DNA from: Octopus bimaculoides
Lineage: Eukaryota
Assembly: GCF_001194135.2 (NCBI RefSeq)
Contig: NC_068993.1
Span: 46,729,743 to 46,793,742, forward strand
Direction: 5' to 3'
DNA: 64,000 nt
Shown here: one piece after another, positions 13,004 through 25,406 of the stretch
How the letters are laid out: each line of letters begins with the position of its first letter
How positions within the stretch are numbered: the first letter of the stretch is position 1
Notes under the pieces: model-generated
Seen by the model: the letters and a program-made list of their open reading frames with translations, nothing else
Databases searched by the model: none
What the model was told of the DNA's origin: nothing
Program-made: the position numbers and the translations under genes

Positions 13004-13100
13004 ATTACCATCACCAGACAGACAGTCAATTCCTCGTAAAGCTGAACATTTAGAGCCTGCTCATATATTAACTCAAGACTTCAGCAGAACTGTATCACCT
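13004..13100 (+). CDS. MYCBP2: MYCBP2 exon 10 (phase 2-0)
   Basis: cttcttcag| and |gtaagt; LPSPDRQSIPRKAEHLEPAHILTQDFSRTVSP. Confidence 0.92.
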
Positions 13101-13139
13101 GTAAGTGTATCTTTGTTGTTGCTGTCGCTGACAATGTCT

Positions 13140-13295
13140 GTCAGTGCCAGCATCAGTCGGTGCCAACGTAGGTCGGCGCCAGCGTCGGTCGGTGCCAACG
13201 TAGGTCGGCGCCAGCGTCGGTCGGCGCCAGCGTCGGTCGGCGCCAGCGTCGGTCGGCGCCAGCGTCGGTCGGCGCCAGCATCAGTCGGTGCCAAC
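13140..13295 (+). repeat. CpG-rich 16-bp minisatellite (GTCGGCGCCAGCGTCG, about 10 units)
   Basis: direct inspection. Confidence 0.9.
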
Positions 13296-13533
13296 TACAT
13301 TAGCCAATGTGTCTTTAAAAATGATAGGATGTGATTTTGGGAGATTTGGTTGCTACATTTAGCAGGTGAAGCAACCATGTAGAAGTTCTCTTGTTGACCC
13401 ATGGTGATGCTCCTTCATTGTGAGAATCACACTGTTGTTTAATCCTGGGTCGCTACTGATTGAACTGACCATGCATTAAGTCCTTTCTTAAAAAAATTGC
13501 TAGTCTTGTACATCTATCATAAATTATTATTAC

Positions 13534-14186
<653 letters not shown>

Positions 14187-14399
14187 GCATTATTTTTACT
14201 ATTTTTATTATTAGGATTGTTGTGAATTGGTAGAAACTTTACTGTGTTGGGCCTTGGAATATTTGCTTATAATTGCTTTACATTTTGAGTTCAGAAGGAC
14301 CAGTTTCATCCTACTTCACTCCAGCTATGAGCCAATAAATAGGTACCAGTAAGAAGGTGCTACTACTACTATATCATCTGCAGATGAACACCATCAATC

Positions 14400-14800
14400 A
14401 TTTGTGTTGAGAATACTCCTAACCCTCATTGCTCTTGGAAGATTGTTCTTCAGTAGAGCAGCATCTTTAATCAGTTGGTCAATAAATGTCATGGCAGGAC
14501 AACCCCAGGCTATTTTTCATGTGTTGGTTCCCACATGAGCCATCAGCATTTGACTCGCTACTTCATCCTTGCTTCTAAAGATGTCTGCAGAATAATCAAT
14601 CTTCTTTCTTTTATGGTGGAGGTAACTCTTGGAAGATTACCATAAAGAACCTGATCTGTTGTATGGGATTACTGTTTGATGTTAAGTGCTGTTCTCAGAA
14701 ATCTTGTGTGTATTCATTCTATCTAGTTTTTCTACCAGTGCCTTAGTTAGGGTCCAGTTAGTGCAGTAATATGGTTAGAAACTAGCTTCATGCATTTATC
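14400..14800 (-). mobile_element. RTE-like LINE fragment
   Basis: minus strand HTTDQVLYGNLPRVTSTIKERRL, resembling the post-RT region of RTE elements; frameshifted. Confidence 0.6.
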
Positions 14801-14902
14801 GTCATTGTCTACAAAAATCCTCCTTTTCTTTTTCTTAATTCAAACTCTAAAAAAAAACTATTCTAATTAAATAACTACTGAATTTATTAATTACTTTTTC
14901 AG

Positions 14903-15095
14903 AGTTGCTTCGATGCCTTATTAAATCTCTTGGAGTGGGCGTGGTCTTCCTTCCATTCTTCCGCTGCTGAACTTGACGGACTGAAAGGAATTAGCCGTAC
15001 AGCACTAGTCTCCGATCTCCAAAGATTTGTCTACATCTGCAAAGCTTGCCTTCGTCTCATTAAAATTTACATTAATGAGGTGTTCTCTGATGGAG
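14903..15095 (+). CDS. MYCBP2: MYCBP2 exon 11 (phase 0-1)
   Basis: tttttcag| and |gtatgc; SCFDALLNLLEWAW...DLQRFVYICKACLRLIKIYINEV. Confidence 0.93.
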
Positions 15096-16192
15096 GTATG
15101 CACTCCCCATCTTTCTCCTCTCAGCCTCCTTCCCCTGTCTTACTAGTTTTTCTTTTTTTTTCTTCTCTTACTCTTTCTTTCTCTACTTTTTCTCTCTCTT
15201 TATCTAGTAAGATTTCTAATCCCAGTTTATATCCCTATCTATACAGCAATACTTTTACTTCTTGCATGGTACTCCACACCAGTCACTCTGAAATATCATC
15301 CTAACATGTGTTCCCCAATACTATCTGCTGTCTGTTATTTACCTAACATTGTCCTAAACTTTGATGCAAGACCTCATCTCTACTTTAGTACTTCTATACT
15401 GCTTCTGCCCTAATTTCTGCCATGGTACTTCATATTGCCTACTGCTTATGTTTTGTCCTAATCTTGTTCTGATCTCTGCTTTGGTACTCTATACTGTCTA
15501 TTGTTCATGTTGTCCTAATATCTGTTGTGAGAACTCTGCATGTCACATGGGACCATTGAGCTAGATCTGGAAACTTAATGAACTCAATGTGATGATAATG
15601 ATCTCTAACACCTGCTACCATCATTACTCCTACTGCTGCTGTAACTAGTATTATTACTGCTACTCTTGCTGCTGCTGCTACTACTACTACTACTACTACT
15701 ACAACAGGGTGACCCAAAAGTCACTGAGGGGTTTTAATTTTTAATAACTCCCTTATTTAAAAAAATAAGTGTATGAAATTTTAATTCAATATAGAGGAGA
15801 TATTGGAGTTTAATTTACATTAGTCCTTTTTCATGATACCCCTGCATTACATTTGAAAGATGACCTCTTTTAAATGGCATCCATTTTCAGCTTCACACAT
15901 CTGTGCCCTTTGCAAAATATGTTCCATGACAGCTATAAGGGTTTCTGGGTCCAGTATCCTGATTTCTGTAGAACAATTTCACCACTTAGGTGCATTGTGT
16001 GGTGCCATATTTTTCCATAATTAATTTCCAGGACCTAGTCTATAATATCCCCGAAAGGAAAAAAAAAGGGTCAAAAAATATAAAAATTATCAAAGATTGC
16101 AATATAGTTTTATATTTTAGCGATGAGGAATTATGTACATTATTTACATGATTTACATTTGATGGATATTTGTCCTCATCTTGTTTGTTGTT

Positions 16193-16238
16193 AACACAAT
16201 GTTTCGGCTGATATACCCTCCAGCCTTCATCAGGTGTC
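16193..16238 (-). ncRNA. minimal type I hammerhead ribozyme motif
   Basis: minus strand reads GACAC CTGATGA A GGCTG-gagggtatat-CAGCC GAAAC ATT GTGTT: stem I, conserved core, stem II, GAAA; ATT replaces the expected GTT. Confidence 0.7.
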
Positions 16239-16285
16239 TTGAGGAAATTTTGAATCCGGGTTCTCATTCCCGAGGTATTTTTCGA

Positions 16286-16319
<34 letters not shown>

Positions 16320-16320
<1 letters not shown>

Positions 16321-16390
16321 TCACTGCCTGGAATCGAACTCAGAATCTTGGGGTTAGTAGCCCCCGCTCTTAACCACTACGCCATATGCC
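16320..16390 (-). other. tRNA-derived Pol III head (A-box and B-box)
   Basis: minus strand GGCATATGGCGTAGTGGTTAAGAGC GGGG-CTACTAA-CCCC ... CTGAG TTCGATT CCAGG; acceptor stem does not pair, so not a functional tRNA. Confidence 0.7.
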
Positions 16391-16493
16391 TATGGGCATA
16401 TGGTGTAGTGGTTAAGAGCTGAATAATAATAATAATAATAATAATATCGAAAAATACCTTAGGAATGAGAACCCGTGTTCAAAATTTCTCCAA

Positions 16494-16536
16494 GACACCT
16501 GATGAAGGCTGAAGGGTATATCAGACAAAACGTGTT
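16494..16536 (+). ncRNA. degenerate hammerhead motif (second arm)
   Basis: GACAC CTGATGA AGGCTGAAGGGTATATCAGAC AAAAC GTGTT; core CTGATGA intact, GAAA changed to AAAA. Confidence 0.5.
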
Positions 16537-17097
16537 AACAACAAACAAGATGAGGACAAATATCTGTCAAATGTAAATAATGTAAATAATGAAAGATTGC
16601 AGCCTCACAGTGACTTTTGGACCACCCTATACTACTCTTGTTGTTGTTTCTCTTGCTGCTGCTGCTACTGCTGCTACTATTCTTGCACCTACTGTCACTA
16701 TTACCATTACTTTTGCTGCTGCTGTTACTACTACTGTTGCTGCTGTAATATTTTCCATTTGTTGTATACCTGAGTTGGAGGCAGTTGAGATTGTGCTAAT
16801 GTAGCCATATCTTCATTGGCCCCCTTCTCTACTAACCCCCCACACCCAATAAAGGTTTTAGTTCCATTTCTGTTACCCTAATAAAACAACCCTGTATCAA
16901 GCACCCTTATCTAATTGCCTCTACCCCACAAAAAAAAAAAAAAAAAACCATTATGTACCCATTTTGTCCAACCCATGCCAGCTTGGAACATGGATGTTGA
17001 ATGATGAGAATTGTTTAAATACTTTGAAGATTTTTAAAACAACAAAAAAAATAATTCTTATTGATTGCTTTTAAACTTTTTTCTCGTTTGATTTTAG

Positions 17098-17372
17098 CTG
17101 TCAGCAAAAAAACCATACCAGAAACCATGAAATTGGCTGAAGGTGTTGGCAACTCCAGAGATTTGCTTCGCAAGATTCTTGCTGAAGAGGTCCGTCCTTC
17201 GAAAGTTAGGCTTTCACTCTCCAACCCACCAATGAGTCCCGAATTTCGGCAGATGGCCGAAGAAATCCTGTCTGCATGCCATGACACTTTTACCGGATGT
17301 TTCCATGCCTTTTATCCAACTGCTAACCTGAAATGGCTGTGTTTATGTGATCTGCTGGTTATGTTGGAACCG
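17098..17372 (+). CDS. MYCBP2: MYCBP2 exon 12 (phase 1-0)
   Basis: attttag| and |gtgagt; KLAEGVGNSRDLLRKILAE...CHDTFTGCFHAFYPTANLKWLCLCDLL. Confidence 0.95.
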
Positions 17373-17893
17373 GTGAGTGTTTTTGTTTGTTTATTCATTG
17401 GTTTAGCTTCTGTTTTTCCATCATGGCATCAGTTTGATGACTCCTTTGAAGCAAGACTTTATGGCTGGATGCTCTTTCTGTTGTTAACCCATACCTATTT
17501 TTCAAGCAAGGAACATTTCGTTTTTTATTGCAGAAGTCTGTGGAAGCCCAGAATGACTGGGCATAATGCCAAGAAGTAATGTCTACATCATCACCATTTT
17601 GTTCAAGCAGTGACAAACATGGACTATTAACATTTATATCTAATTGCATGCATGCAGGAACATACATGTACACATTCACACATACAAACATATGCTGTAG
17701 GCATAGCAAGAAGTTTGCTTCCCAAATACCTGGTTTCAGATCCAGTCCCACTGCATGACATCTTAGATAAGTATCTTCTTCTATAGCGCCAGACCAACCA
17801 AAGCCTTGGAATTGGATTTGGTACATGGAAGTTGAAAGAACTGTCCTACCTGTGCATGCATGGAAGATGGATGTTAAACAATGATGATGATGA

Positions 17894-17929
<36 letters not shown>

Positions 17930-17950
17930 GTACATACATACACACAATCA

Positions 17951-18154
17951 CAGGGTTGGCCAAAAGTCACCTGACAAAAATTCAAAATTCCATACATACT
18001 TAATATTTAATTTTATTTATTCATTTCAATTATGAATGGTTAATAATTGGATTCTTTGCCTATTTATTGGCGAAGTCTCATATAAAATAATTTTTTTGTT
18101 TTAATCTTGCAATAATATGTTTTTCATGTATTGTCTGGTGACTTTTGGCTAACC

Positions 18155-18157
<3 letters not shown>
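17951..18157. mobile_element. Tc1/mariner-type MITE (207 bp)
   Basis: TIRs cagggttggccaaaagtcacc / ggtgacttttggctaaccctg, inserted in a TA/CA tract; TIR similar to the element at 15705-16629. Confidence 0.85.
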
Positions 18158-18229
<72 letters not shown>

Positions 18230-19109
18230 TGCACATATGCACACATATACATAAGGTACTGTGCAGTGGAACTGAACCCCAAACCATATCCTTGCAAAGA
18301 AAATTTCTTAAACAAAGAGTCATGCCTGCACCTCACAACCATGAGTGTGCCTGATGTTTAGAAAGGGTTATGGGGGAACAAATAGTGGCAATTGCTTTTG
18401 TCATTGTTACTTAGCCCCAAGTTAATCATTATCAAGCAGTTCTACAATCAAAGGCATTCTGTCCCTAGCTGGTTGTGGTACAGTAGTCAAAAATATTGAA
18501 ATTAGTGGTCACTTCGTAGATTGCTGACCATGGTGCTGAAAATGCAGTAATGTTGACCACTGTTCTCATTATAGATCTGCTTCTCTCACACCTTTATGCA
18601 GTTCTCCATAAGCATTTTCAACAGTTAGTGGTACAATGTTCTTTGGACATTGTCAAGCCATTGCAGCTGGTGATGTAAATAGAGTGCACTGGACTTGCAC
18701 ATTATTCATATATACATATGTGCACAGACTGGATGAAATGCATAGACTGTGTACCCACATAGATGTAGGCAATATAAATGCATAGACAATACACACATGC
18801 ACATACAATATAAGCATAATACATGTAAGCCTGCAATATATGCCATACATGCACATATACAGGTTATGTATGTAATACACAGTGTCACATTGATTGTATA
18901 TACACACAGCACTTGCATGCATACACACAATGCATGCATACACAATGCACACACAATACTGACATGCACAGTACACATTATACATTCACATATATCACAT
19001 CATGCTATACACAAAACTAATACAGACACATACAGACACACTCACATTCACTACATCTGTTTACTTCTTCCTTTTTCATTGTCTGTCTGTCTGTCACTTG
19101 TTTTCTCAG

Positions 19110-19532
19110 GGAATGAGCAACATGGATGGGTATGGTCGTCTTCTGGCTGCAATTATGGAGGCCCTTACTCACCCAACCATCAAACTGACCAATATTATGC
19201 CCATCAATTGTGAGCCAGAAACTGAAGAGATACTCCGTCGACAGTCCATTAGCATTGATGACAACACCAACAGCGCCGCACGCCTGGCTGAGTCACACAG
19301 ATTTCCAATCCTGGTCGATCACATGACCTATCGCACAGAGGTGGAAGGTATCGGCAGTGGCCACACGTCGTTTAAGGAGGTCCTCGACAGACTACTGCTG
19401 ATAGCAACCGTGCCAATACGCCAGGCCCTTAACAAGGAGCCGGCCAGTTACCCCCAGATATTGGTGACAAACACTTGTGCCTTGCTGTCATGTCTGATTA
19501 GTGAGCTGGCAGCTTCAGCCACTGGCTCTGAG
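19110..19532 (+). CDS. MYCBP2: MYCBP2 exon 13 (phase 0-0)
   Basis: ttctcag| and |gtaagt; RLLAAIMEALTHPTIKLT...NTCALLSCLISELAASATGSE. Confidence 0.95.
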
Positions 19533-19621
19533 GTAAGTAAGCTAATAATTACTGTGTGTGTGTCTGAATGTGATGTGTGTTGTAGCTGTCATTCTCAGGT
19601 AATTAAACTATAAGGACTCTG

Positions 19622-19662
<41 letters not shown>

Positions 19663-19942
19663 CCTGCATGCGTGGTGTGTGATATGGTGGTGTCTGACTC
19701 AAGTAAGCCTCATCAAGCAACGTCATTTCAAATGTGACCACCCAACCGTGTCCAGGGCATGGTGCACTTAGTACCTCATTATTTAATGACAGTAGGATGT
19801 GAGTTTTTTTTTGCTGCTATTTTTAGCAGTGATTAGCACAGAGCTATAGGCAAAAACATCGCCTATAGCCATGCCTGTGTGTATGATACTCGTATATAAA
19901 ACAAGGAATGGAATGTAAATGTAATATTTTTATCTTTGGCAG

Positions 19943-20155
19943 CTCGATCTGGCCAGTACTTCTAGGCCTTTGTTGGTCACTCCTAACCGTTTCACTCGAA
20001 CCATCCATGGAGCATACTGGAACACAGGCAATGGAAGTCCTGATGCTGTGGCGTTCAGTGTTGACAGGCCAGGCATCCTAATTGCTGGCGTCTACGTCTA
20101 TGGAGGAAGTGTAGTTGGAGGCCAGTACGAATACGAGTTGGAGCTCTTGGATGAT
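19943..20155 (+). CDS. MYCBP2: MYCBP2 exon 14, PHR2 start (phase 0-0)
   Basis: ttggcag| and |gtaagt; NRFTRTIHGAYWNTGNGSPDAVAFSVDRPGI. Confidence 0.96.
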
Positions 20156-20670
20156 GTAAGTTCATTTCTTTTGCATATTTGTTGTTGTTTAACCCTAGGC
20201 CAGCTCTGGTTGAGTAGACTTATGTTATTTAGATACATGGTCATATAACTGTTTGAATGAAGTAAGTTTAACTGCTATTTCTTGCTAACATTGCAAACAC
20301 ATAGAGGCTTCTTCAATGTTATGTTCTTGTTTAGCCCAAGATTGGTTCTGATAGAGTAGCTTACCATCGGAGTTCATACCAACTTTGATTATAACATCTT
20401 TTCTTCTGGCATAGTATATCTTAGACAACAGTAGCCAGTGTATCTCTTGTTTATTTACCCAGACAGTAGGACATGGTAAGAGAAAAATTGGCTGCTATTT
20501 TTAACAGTTTGGGCTACCCTGGAAAGGCTTCATCTTCATTGAGCTATTCCTGTAGTCATTGTTTGGAATGGTAGCACCAAATTAGATTGCTGACATTTAG
20601 TACTGAGTTGATGATATCAACTAACCACCTTCCCTGCAAAGTTGCTGAACTTGTGCTAAACTTCGAACAA

Positions 20671-20718
<48 letters not shown>

Positions 20719-21404
20719 AATTATTATTATTATTATTATTATAAATTATTATTATTATTTTATGTTTGACTTTTGCTTTGCATTTGTACAAGTTGGGATC
20801 CAAGTCTCACCCAGAGACCTCAAGAGACAACAAGTTAGAAGTTCATGTAGATGTTATGCCTAGGGTACCATATATTTGGATTTGTACGTAGTGTTGTTCT
20901 AGAGAATGTTTAAGAAACCATAAGAAAATTATGTGTTTGTTTCAAAATTTGAGATCACATAGACAGTATTTTACGTAGTATATGGGCAGTTCCCATGAGC
21001 ACTATCTTTTGAACTTCAGCCATTTTGGGGTTTCCTGGTATCTGAGCTAGGTAGTAATCAGCCCGTTTCACTGTCATTCCCAGGGCACCTATGACAATAG
21101 GTATTGTTTTAGTCAGTTTCGCTGTCATTCTCAGGGCACCTATGACAATAAGTATTGTTATAGTCTTATTACCTTATTATTATATACAAATTATTATTAT
21201 TATTTCATTAGTCTTGTTTATATGCAAAACCCTCACAACTACACATACACACACACACACATTTTTTTTTTTGTTTTGTCCTCTGTTGTCCATGTTTTTC
21301 TTCATGTAAACCCTTGTGGTTAATAAAGAAATTGTTATTATAATATATAAATTATTATTATTATATATATAGAGATTATTTTTTTTATTATTATAATAAA
21401 AACA

Positions 21405-21702
21405 GCAAGCTGGCAGAATCGTTAGTACACTGGACAAAATGCTTAGCAGTATTTTGCCTATCACTACGTTCTGAGTTCAAATTAATATTGGTTTCAAATG
21501 TTGGCACAATGCCAGCAAATTTGGGGGAGATGTTAAGTCGATTACATTCACTCCAGTGCTCAGCTGGTACTTATTTAATCAATCCCAAAAAGTTGAAAGG
21601 CAAAGTTGACCTTGGTGGAGTTTGAACTCAGAACATAAAGGCACACAAAATTCCATTAAACATTGTACCTGGCATGCTAGTGAGCTTACCAGCTTGTTGC
21701 CT
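21405..21702. mobile_element. SINE 5-prime fragment (+) abutting a full SINE (-)
   Basis: head 21405-21482 on +; complete copy 21483-21702 on -. Confidence 0.75.
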
Positions 21703-22012
21703 TATCATTATTATTAATACTTAATAATGGTAATACTGTTATTAAATTATAACTAATATTAATAATGATATTGTAATTAAATTATTATTAAGGGTCAGTG
21801 GATTTGCTGCATCATTAGAGCATCAAACAAAATGCCTTGGGATATTTAGTTACAACCCTTTATGTCCTGAGTTCAAATCCTACAGAGGTCCGTTTTGGGG
21901 TTAATTTATTTGACTACATCATCATCTCTTCCCTACCCCAAATTTAAGTCACTGTGGCTCTGTTATAAAACCCTTTGTTATTGTTGTTGTTGTTGTCTTT
22001 TTTTATATGTAG

Positions 22013-22153
22013 CAAAGTGAAGGTCATAGTGATCCAAATCAGTCACATACCAGTCGATGGAATAGTATCGAGATTGTCAAGGGCTCATATGGCCCTGACG
22101 ATTGTGTTAACGACATTGCTGAGATAAAGTTTGACCGTCCTGTACCAATCAAG
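22013..22153 (+). CDS. MYCBP2: MYCBP2 exon 15, PHR2 (phase 0-0)
   Basis: atgtag| and |gtgaga; SRWNSIEIVKGSYGPDDCVNDIAEIKFDRPVPIK. Confidence 0.95.
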
Positions 22154-22319
22154 GTGAGACAGCCCTGAATTCTTTCTTTCTTTTCATCTGTTTGGCATTT
22201 GCCTTTTCTGTTTGTCCCTCTCTTTCATTCTCTTTTTCTTTCTCTGTCTGATTTTGCCTCTTACTCTCCCCCCTGTCTGTCTGTCTTTCCTTCCTCTCAG
22301 ATAGAAAAAAACAGATTGC

Positions 22320-22400
22320 ATGATGCTTGTGTAAGAATGTTTATGCTCAATAATAGCGAAACGTGGGCCATAAATGCAGTTGGGAAACTGGCCTTATAAG
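22320..22400 (+). mobile_element. RTE LINE fragment
   Basis: RLHDACVRMFMLNNSETWAIN, like the RTE LYxACV...LxGSETW motif. Confidence 0.5.
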
Positions 22401-23009
22401 CCTATATTTCGGGAAGAATCTTTGATCCTTTTTTTTTTCTTTTTTCTGATCTGTTAATAAACATGTTACCTAAAGCAAAATAGTATGCTTGGTTTATTTG
22501 GGAGCAAATTGCAGCCACATAAAAGAAAACAACTCCCAGCTTACTAATGTGACAACCTCATTACAGGAGTTACCATACTGACAGCTGAAGCCACTATAAA
22601 TTTACCTGCGTGTGTGTGTGTGTGTGAGTCTATGCACGTTTTTAGCTTTTACTGTGTGTCTATGTTGGTAAAAAAAAATATAAAAGAAAATAGTGTTATT
22701 GAATAAAAAATATTTTGTATGATATTTATTCTCTTTCAGTTGCATAGGCACTGCTTTGTCACTGTCACTATCAGAGATACAGTGAACCATTGATTGGCCT
22801 GTTAGAAACTTGCAACCATCAATGCTAATATTCTCTAAATATGATGTGAAATAAATGAATAAATATGCCAGCATGGACAACGAATGTTAAATGATGATGA
22901 CAACATATACGTATAAAAGAAGCAATTTACCAGTCACTGAGGTGTGGAATAGGAGTGGAGGCTGTTATAGTGACATGGTCTGAGTAACTCATCTTCTGTT
23001 ACTGGTCCA

Positions 23010-23430
23010 GCAGTACCCACTTCATTTGCTTTATTGTACCTGTCCATGTCCTTTATAGTACCCGATCTATCTGATCTATAGTACCTGATCCATCTGCTCA
23101 ATAGTTCCTGGTCCAAGTGCCCTACAATAACCAGTCCATCTGCTCCATAGTAAGCATGCCATCTGCTTAGAGTACCCAATCCCTCTGCTCTAGAGTATCC
23201 AATCCCTCGGCTCTACGGTACCTATTCCATCTCCTCTATAGTACCCTGTTCATTTGTTCTGTAGTACCCGGTCCATTTGCTCTATAGTACCAAGTCCTTC
23301 TGCTCCCTTGTACCAAGTCCTTCTGCTCCCTTGTACCAAGTCCTTCTGCTCCCTTGTACCAAGTCCTTCTGCTCCCTTGTACCAAGTCCTTCTGCTCCCT
23401 TGTACCAAGTCCTTCTGCTCTGTAGTGCCT
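23010..23430 (+). repeat. 23-bp minisatellite (GTACCAAGTCCTTCTGCTCCCTT), about 6 near-identical units at the 3-prime end and degenerate units upstream
   Basis: direct inspection. Confidence 0.88.
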
Positions 23431-23481
23431 AGTCCAACATAAAGGACTCTAACATTTGTTTCTTCGTTTTTTACCACCCAG

Positions 23482-23660
23482 GAAGGGGTCAAGTATGCTG
23501 TCCTGTTAAGGAACCATGGTCCACGTACCCTGAATGGCGATGGAGGTTTAAGCCGAGTGAAATGTCCTGATGGTACCACCTTCACATTTACATCCTGTTC
23601 CCTCAGCAGTAATGGTACTAACCACATGCGTGGACAGTTGCCTCAGATCGTCTATTATAG
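23482..23660 (+). CDS. MYCBP2: MYCBP2 exon 16, PHR2 end (phase 0-2)
   Basis: acccag| and |gttagt; KYAVLLRNHGPRTLNGDGG...CPDGTTFTFTSCSLSSNGTNHMRGQLPQIVYY. Confidence 0.96.
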
Positions 23661-24145
23661 GTTAGTCTTTTTACATTGCTTTTTCCTCTTTTTCCTCTTT
23701 CCTTAACCAAAGATTTACAAAGAACTTTTTTCTTGCCAAATAAACTTGCATTATACATTCGCTCTTCCCTTGTTTATTACTGTTCTTATTTTATGTCCCT
23801 TGTCTGGAAATCTTTTGTCACACACCTGTGACCTCTTCAACTTCCCATCCCATATGACTTCTGTTCTCAGGTGGAGACACATTGGATGGAAAGTTGCTGA
23901 AGAGGTCACAGGTGTGTAAGGAAAGATTTCCAGGCAATGGACATGAAATAATAACAGTAATAAACAAGTGAAGAATGGATATATAATGTGTGTTTAAATT
24001 TGGCAAGAAAAAAAAATGCAACCGCCCTGAAATATAACAATATTTGTTTCAACACAAGATTTCACATCAAGAATCTTACATAAAAATAATGATAATTCTT
24101 TTTCCCCTACCTGTAACCTATGTTCACTCTCGTTGTTGTTTTCAG

Positions 24146-24285
24146 TGCTTCTCAAGATGGTGAATTCCAGCAACATCAATCAAAAGTCCTTGCCGAGATG
24201 CAGGCTCGGAAGGATGCTATAGGGATTACCAATGCTATCTGTCGGTCAGCCATTGATATTCTTCATAGAGCTCGAGGAATTTCAT
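24146..24285 (+). CDS. MYCBP2: MYCBP2 exon 17 (phase 2-1)
   Basis: ttttcag| and |gtaagt; ASQDGEFQ...AICRSAIDILHRARGIS. Confidence 0.92.
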
Positions 24286-24359
24286 GTAAGTTTCCCCAAC
24301 ACACTTGTACTTTTATTTTCTTTTTTCTTCCTACCAACAACGGACGTTACTGCCTGATT

Positions 24360-24720
24360 GTTTGCTGCTATCATTGCCACATGTGCTCTGTTATCATGAC
24401 AGCATGGCTGTTGTGTATACCTTATCATAGCCACATGTATATTGTCATGGCTACATGTGGTCTGTTGTTGTGGGTACATGTTGCCTGTTCGGACCACATG
24501 CACCCTGTTGCCATAGCTACATGTGCTCTATTGGTGTGGCCACATGTAGCTTGTCATGCCTACATGTGTTACATGTTCACTGTTGTCAAAAGTATGTGCT
24601 ATTTTTGTAGCACGTGCATTCATGTCATGGCTACATGCGTGGAATTGTTTTGGTGACATTTGCACTGTTGTCATAGGAACATGCACTGTTGTCATAGCTA
24701 CGGCTACATTTGCACTATTG
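24360..24720 (+). repeat. degenerate ~24-bp repeat (TTGTCATAGCTACATGTGCAC-like)
   Basis: recurring catggctacatg / catagctacatg motifs. Confidence 0.65.
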
Positions 24721-25180
24721 TTGTTTATACTTATTGATATTTTATCTTGTGACGACCTTGTGTTATTGAACTAAACTATGATAGCTTCAGCTCAAATTCA
24801 ATCAAAAATTATTCCAGTCGTCCTCCATCATTTTCCCACTGTCCTTCCTTGCTTAAGACATTTAGGTTTAGTTAGAGGTTTTGCTGTTTTTTCTATGAAA
24901 TTAAATGACTTGACTTAATTTTAGAGTCTCTCTCTCTAAAATTGGTTATGCTTTCTGTGATAATGGTGTTGAGCAAATCCCTTGATAATTTTGGGTGATG
25001 GGGTCACCTTTGAAGTTTTTAATGGGATTGAGAGAGTCCCTTAATAATACTAGATAATGGGGTTCTCCTTTGAAGTATTTAATGCAGTAGCAGTAATATT
25101 GTACAGGAACACAGTTCTGGCAAGGGTACTACCAGTTGTTTGCCCTTGTAAAGTTTGAAGTGAAACAAAACTTCCACAGT

Positions 25181-25406
25181 TTATCCCTTTAGTGTTTAAA
25201 CCGGCCATATCTGGCCCAGATATTTCTTCTGTTTTATGTTCAAACTAGCCTGATCTAACCTCTCACACCTACCCTACAATGCCATTCTAAAAATAGACAA
25301 TAACAGCATCAAAAACTTAGTTATGAGACAATACATCATTTATTCAAAACAATATGAATAAATAAGTTTTACATTTGACAGAGTAATTTGAACGCTAAAG
25401 GGTTAT
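25181..25406. mobile_element. TTAA/CCC-terminal MITE family copy
   Basis: ttatccctttagtgttt ... aacgctaaagggttat; body similar (reverse orientation) to 51199-51427. Confidence 0.7.

Larger units (their letters stand above)
16105..16591. mobile_element. head-to-head palindromic tRNA-headed element with hammerhead ribozyme motifs (Penelope/retrozyme-like, non-autonomous)
   Basis: long imperfect inverted arms about 16136-16318 and 16419-16591, each with (AAT)n and CTGATGA...; tRNA-like centre. Confidence 0.8.
15705..16629 (-). mobile_element. internally deleted mariner-like element hosting a nested palindromic retroelement
   Basis: TIRs cagggtgacccaaaagtcac (15705) and gtgacttttggaccacccta (ends 16629, followed by TA); minus strand encodes a transposase C-terminus-like TEIRILDPETLIAVMEHILQRAQMCEAENGCHLKEVIFQM*. 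Confidence 0.75.

Noticed and set aside
13073-13334. ORFs with repeated APTDAGADRRWRR / RRQRRSAPASVG peptides
   Set aside because: Translations of the 16-bp minisatellite.
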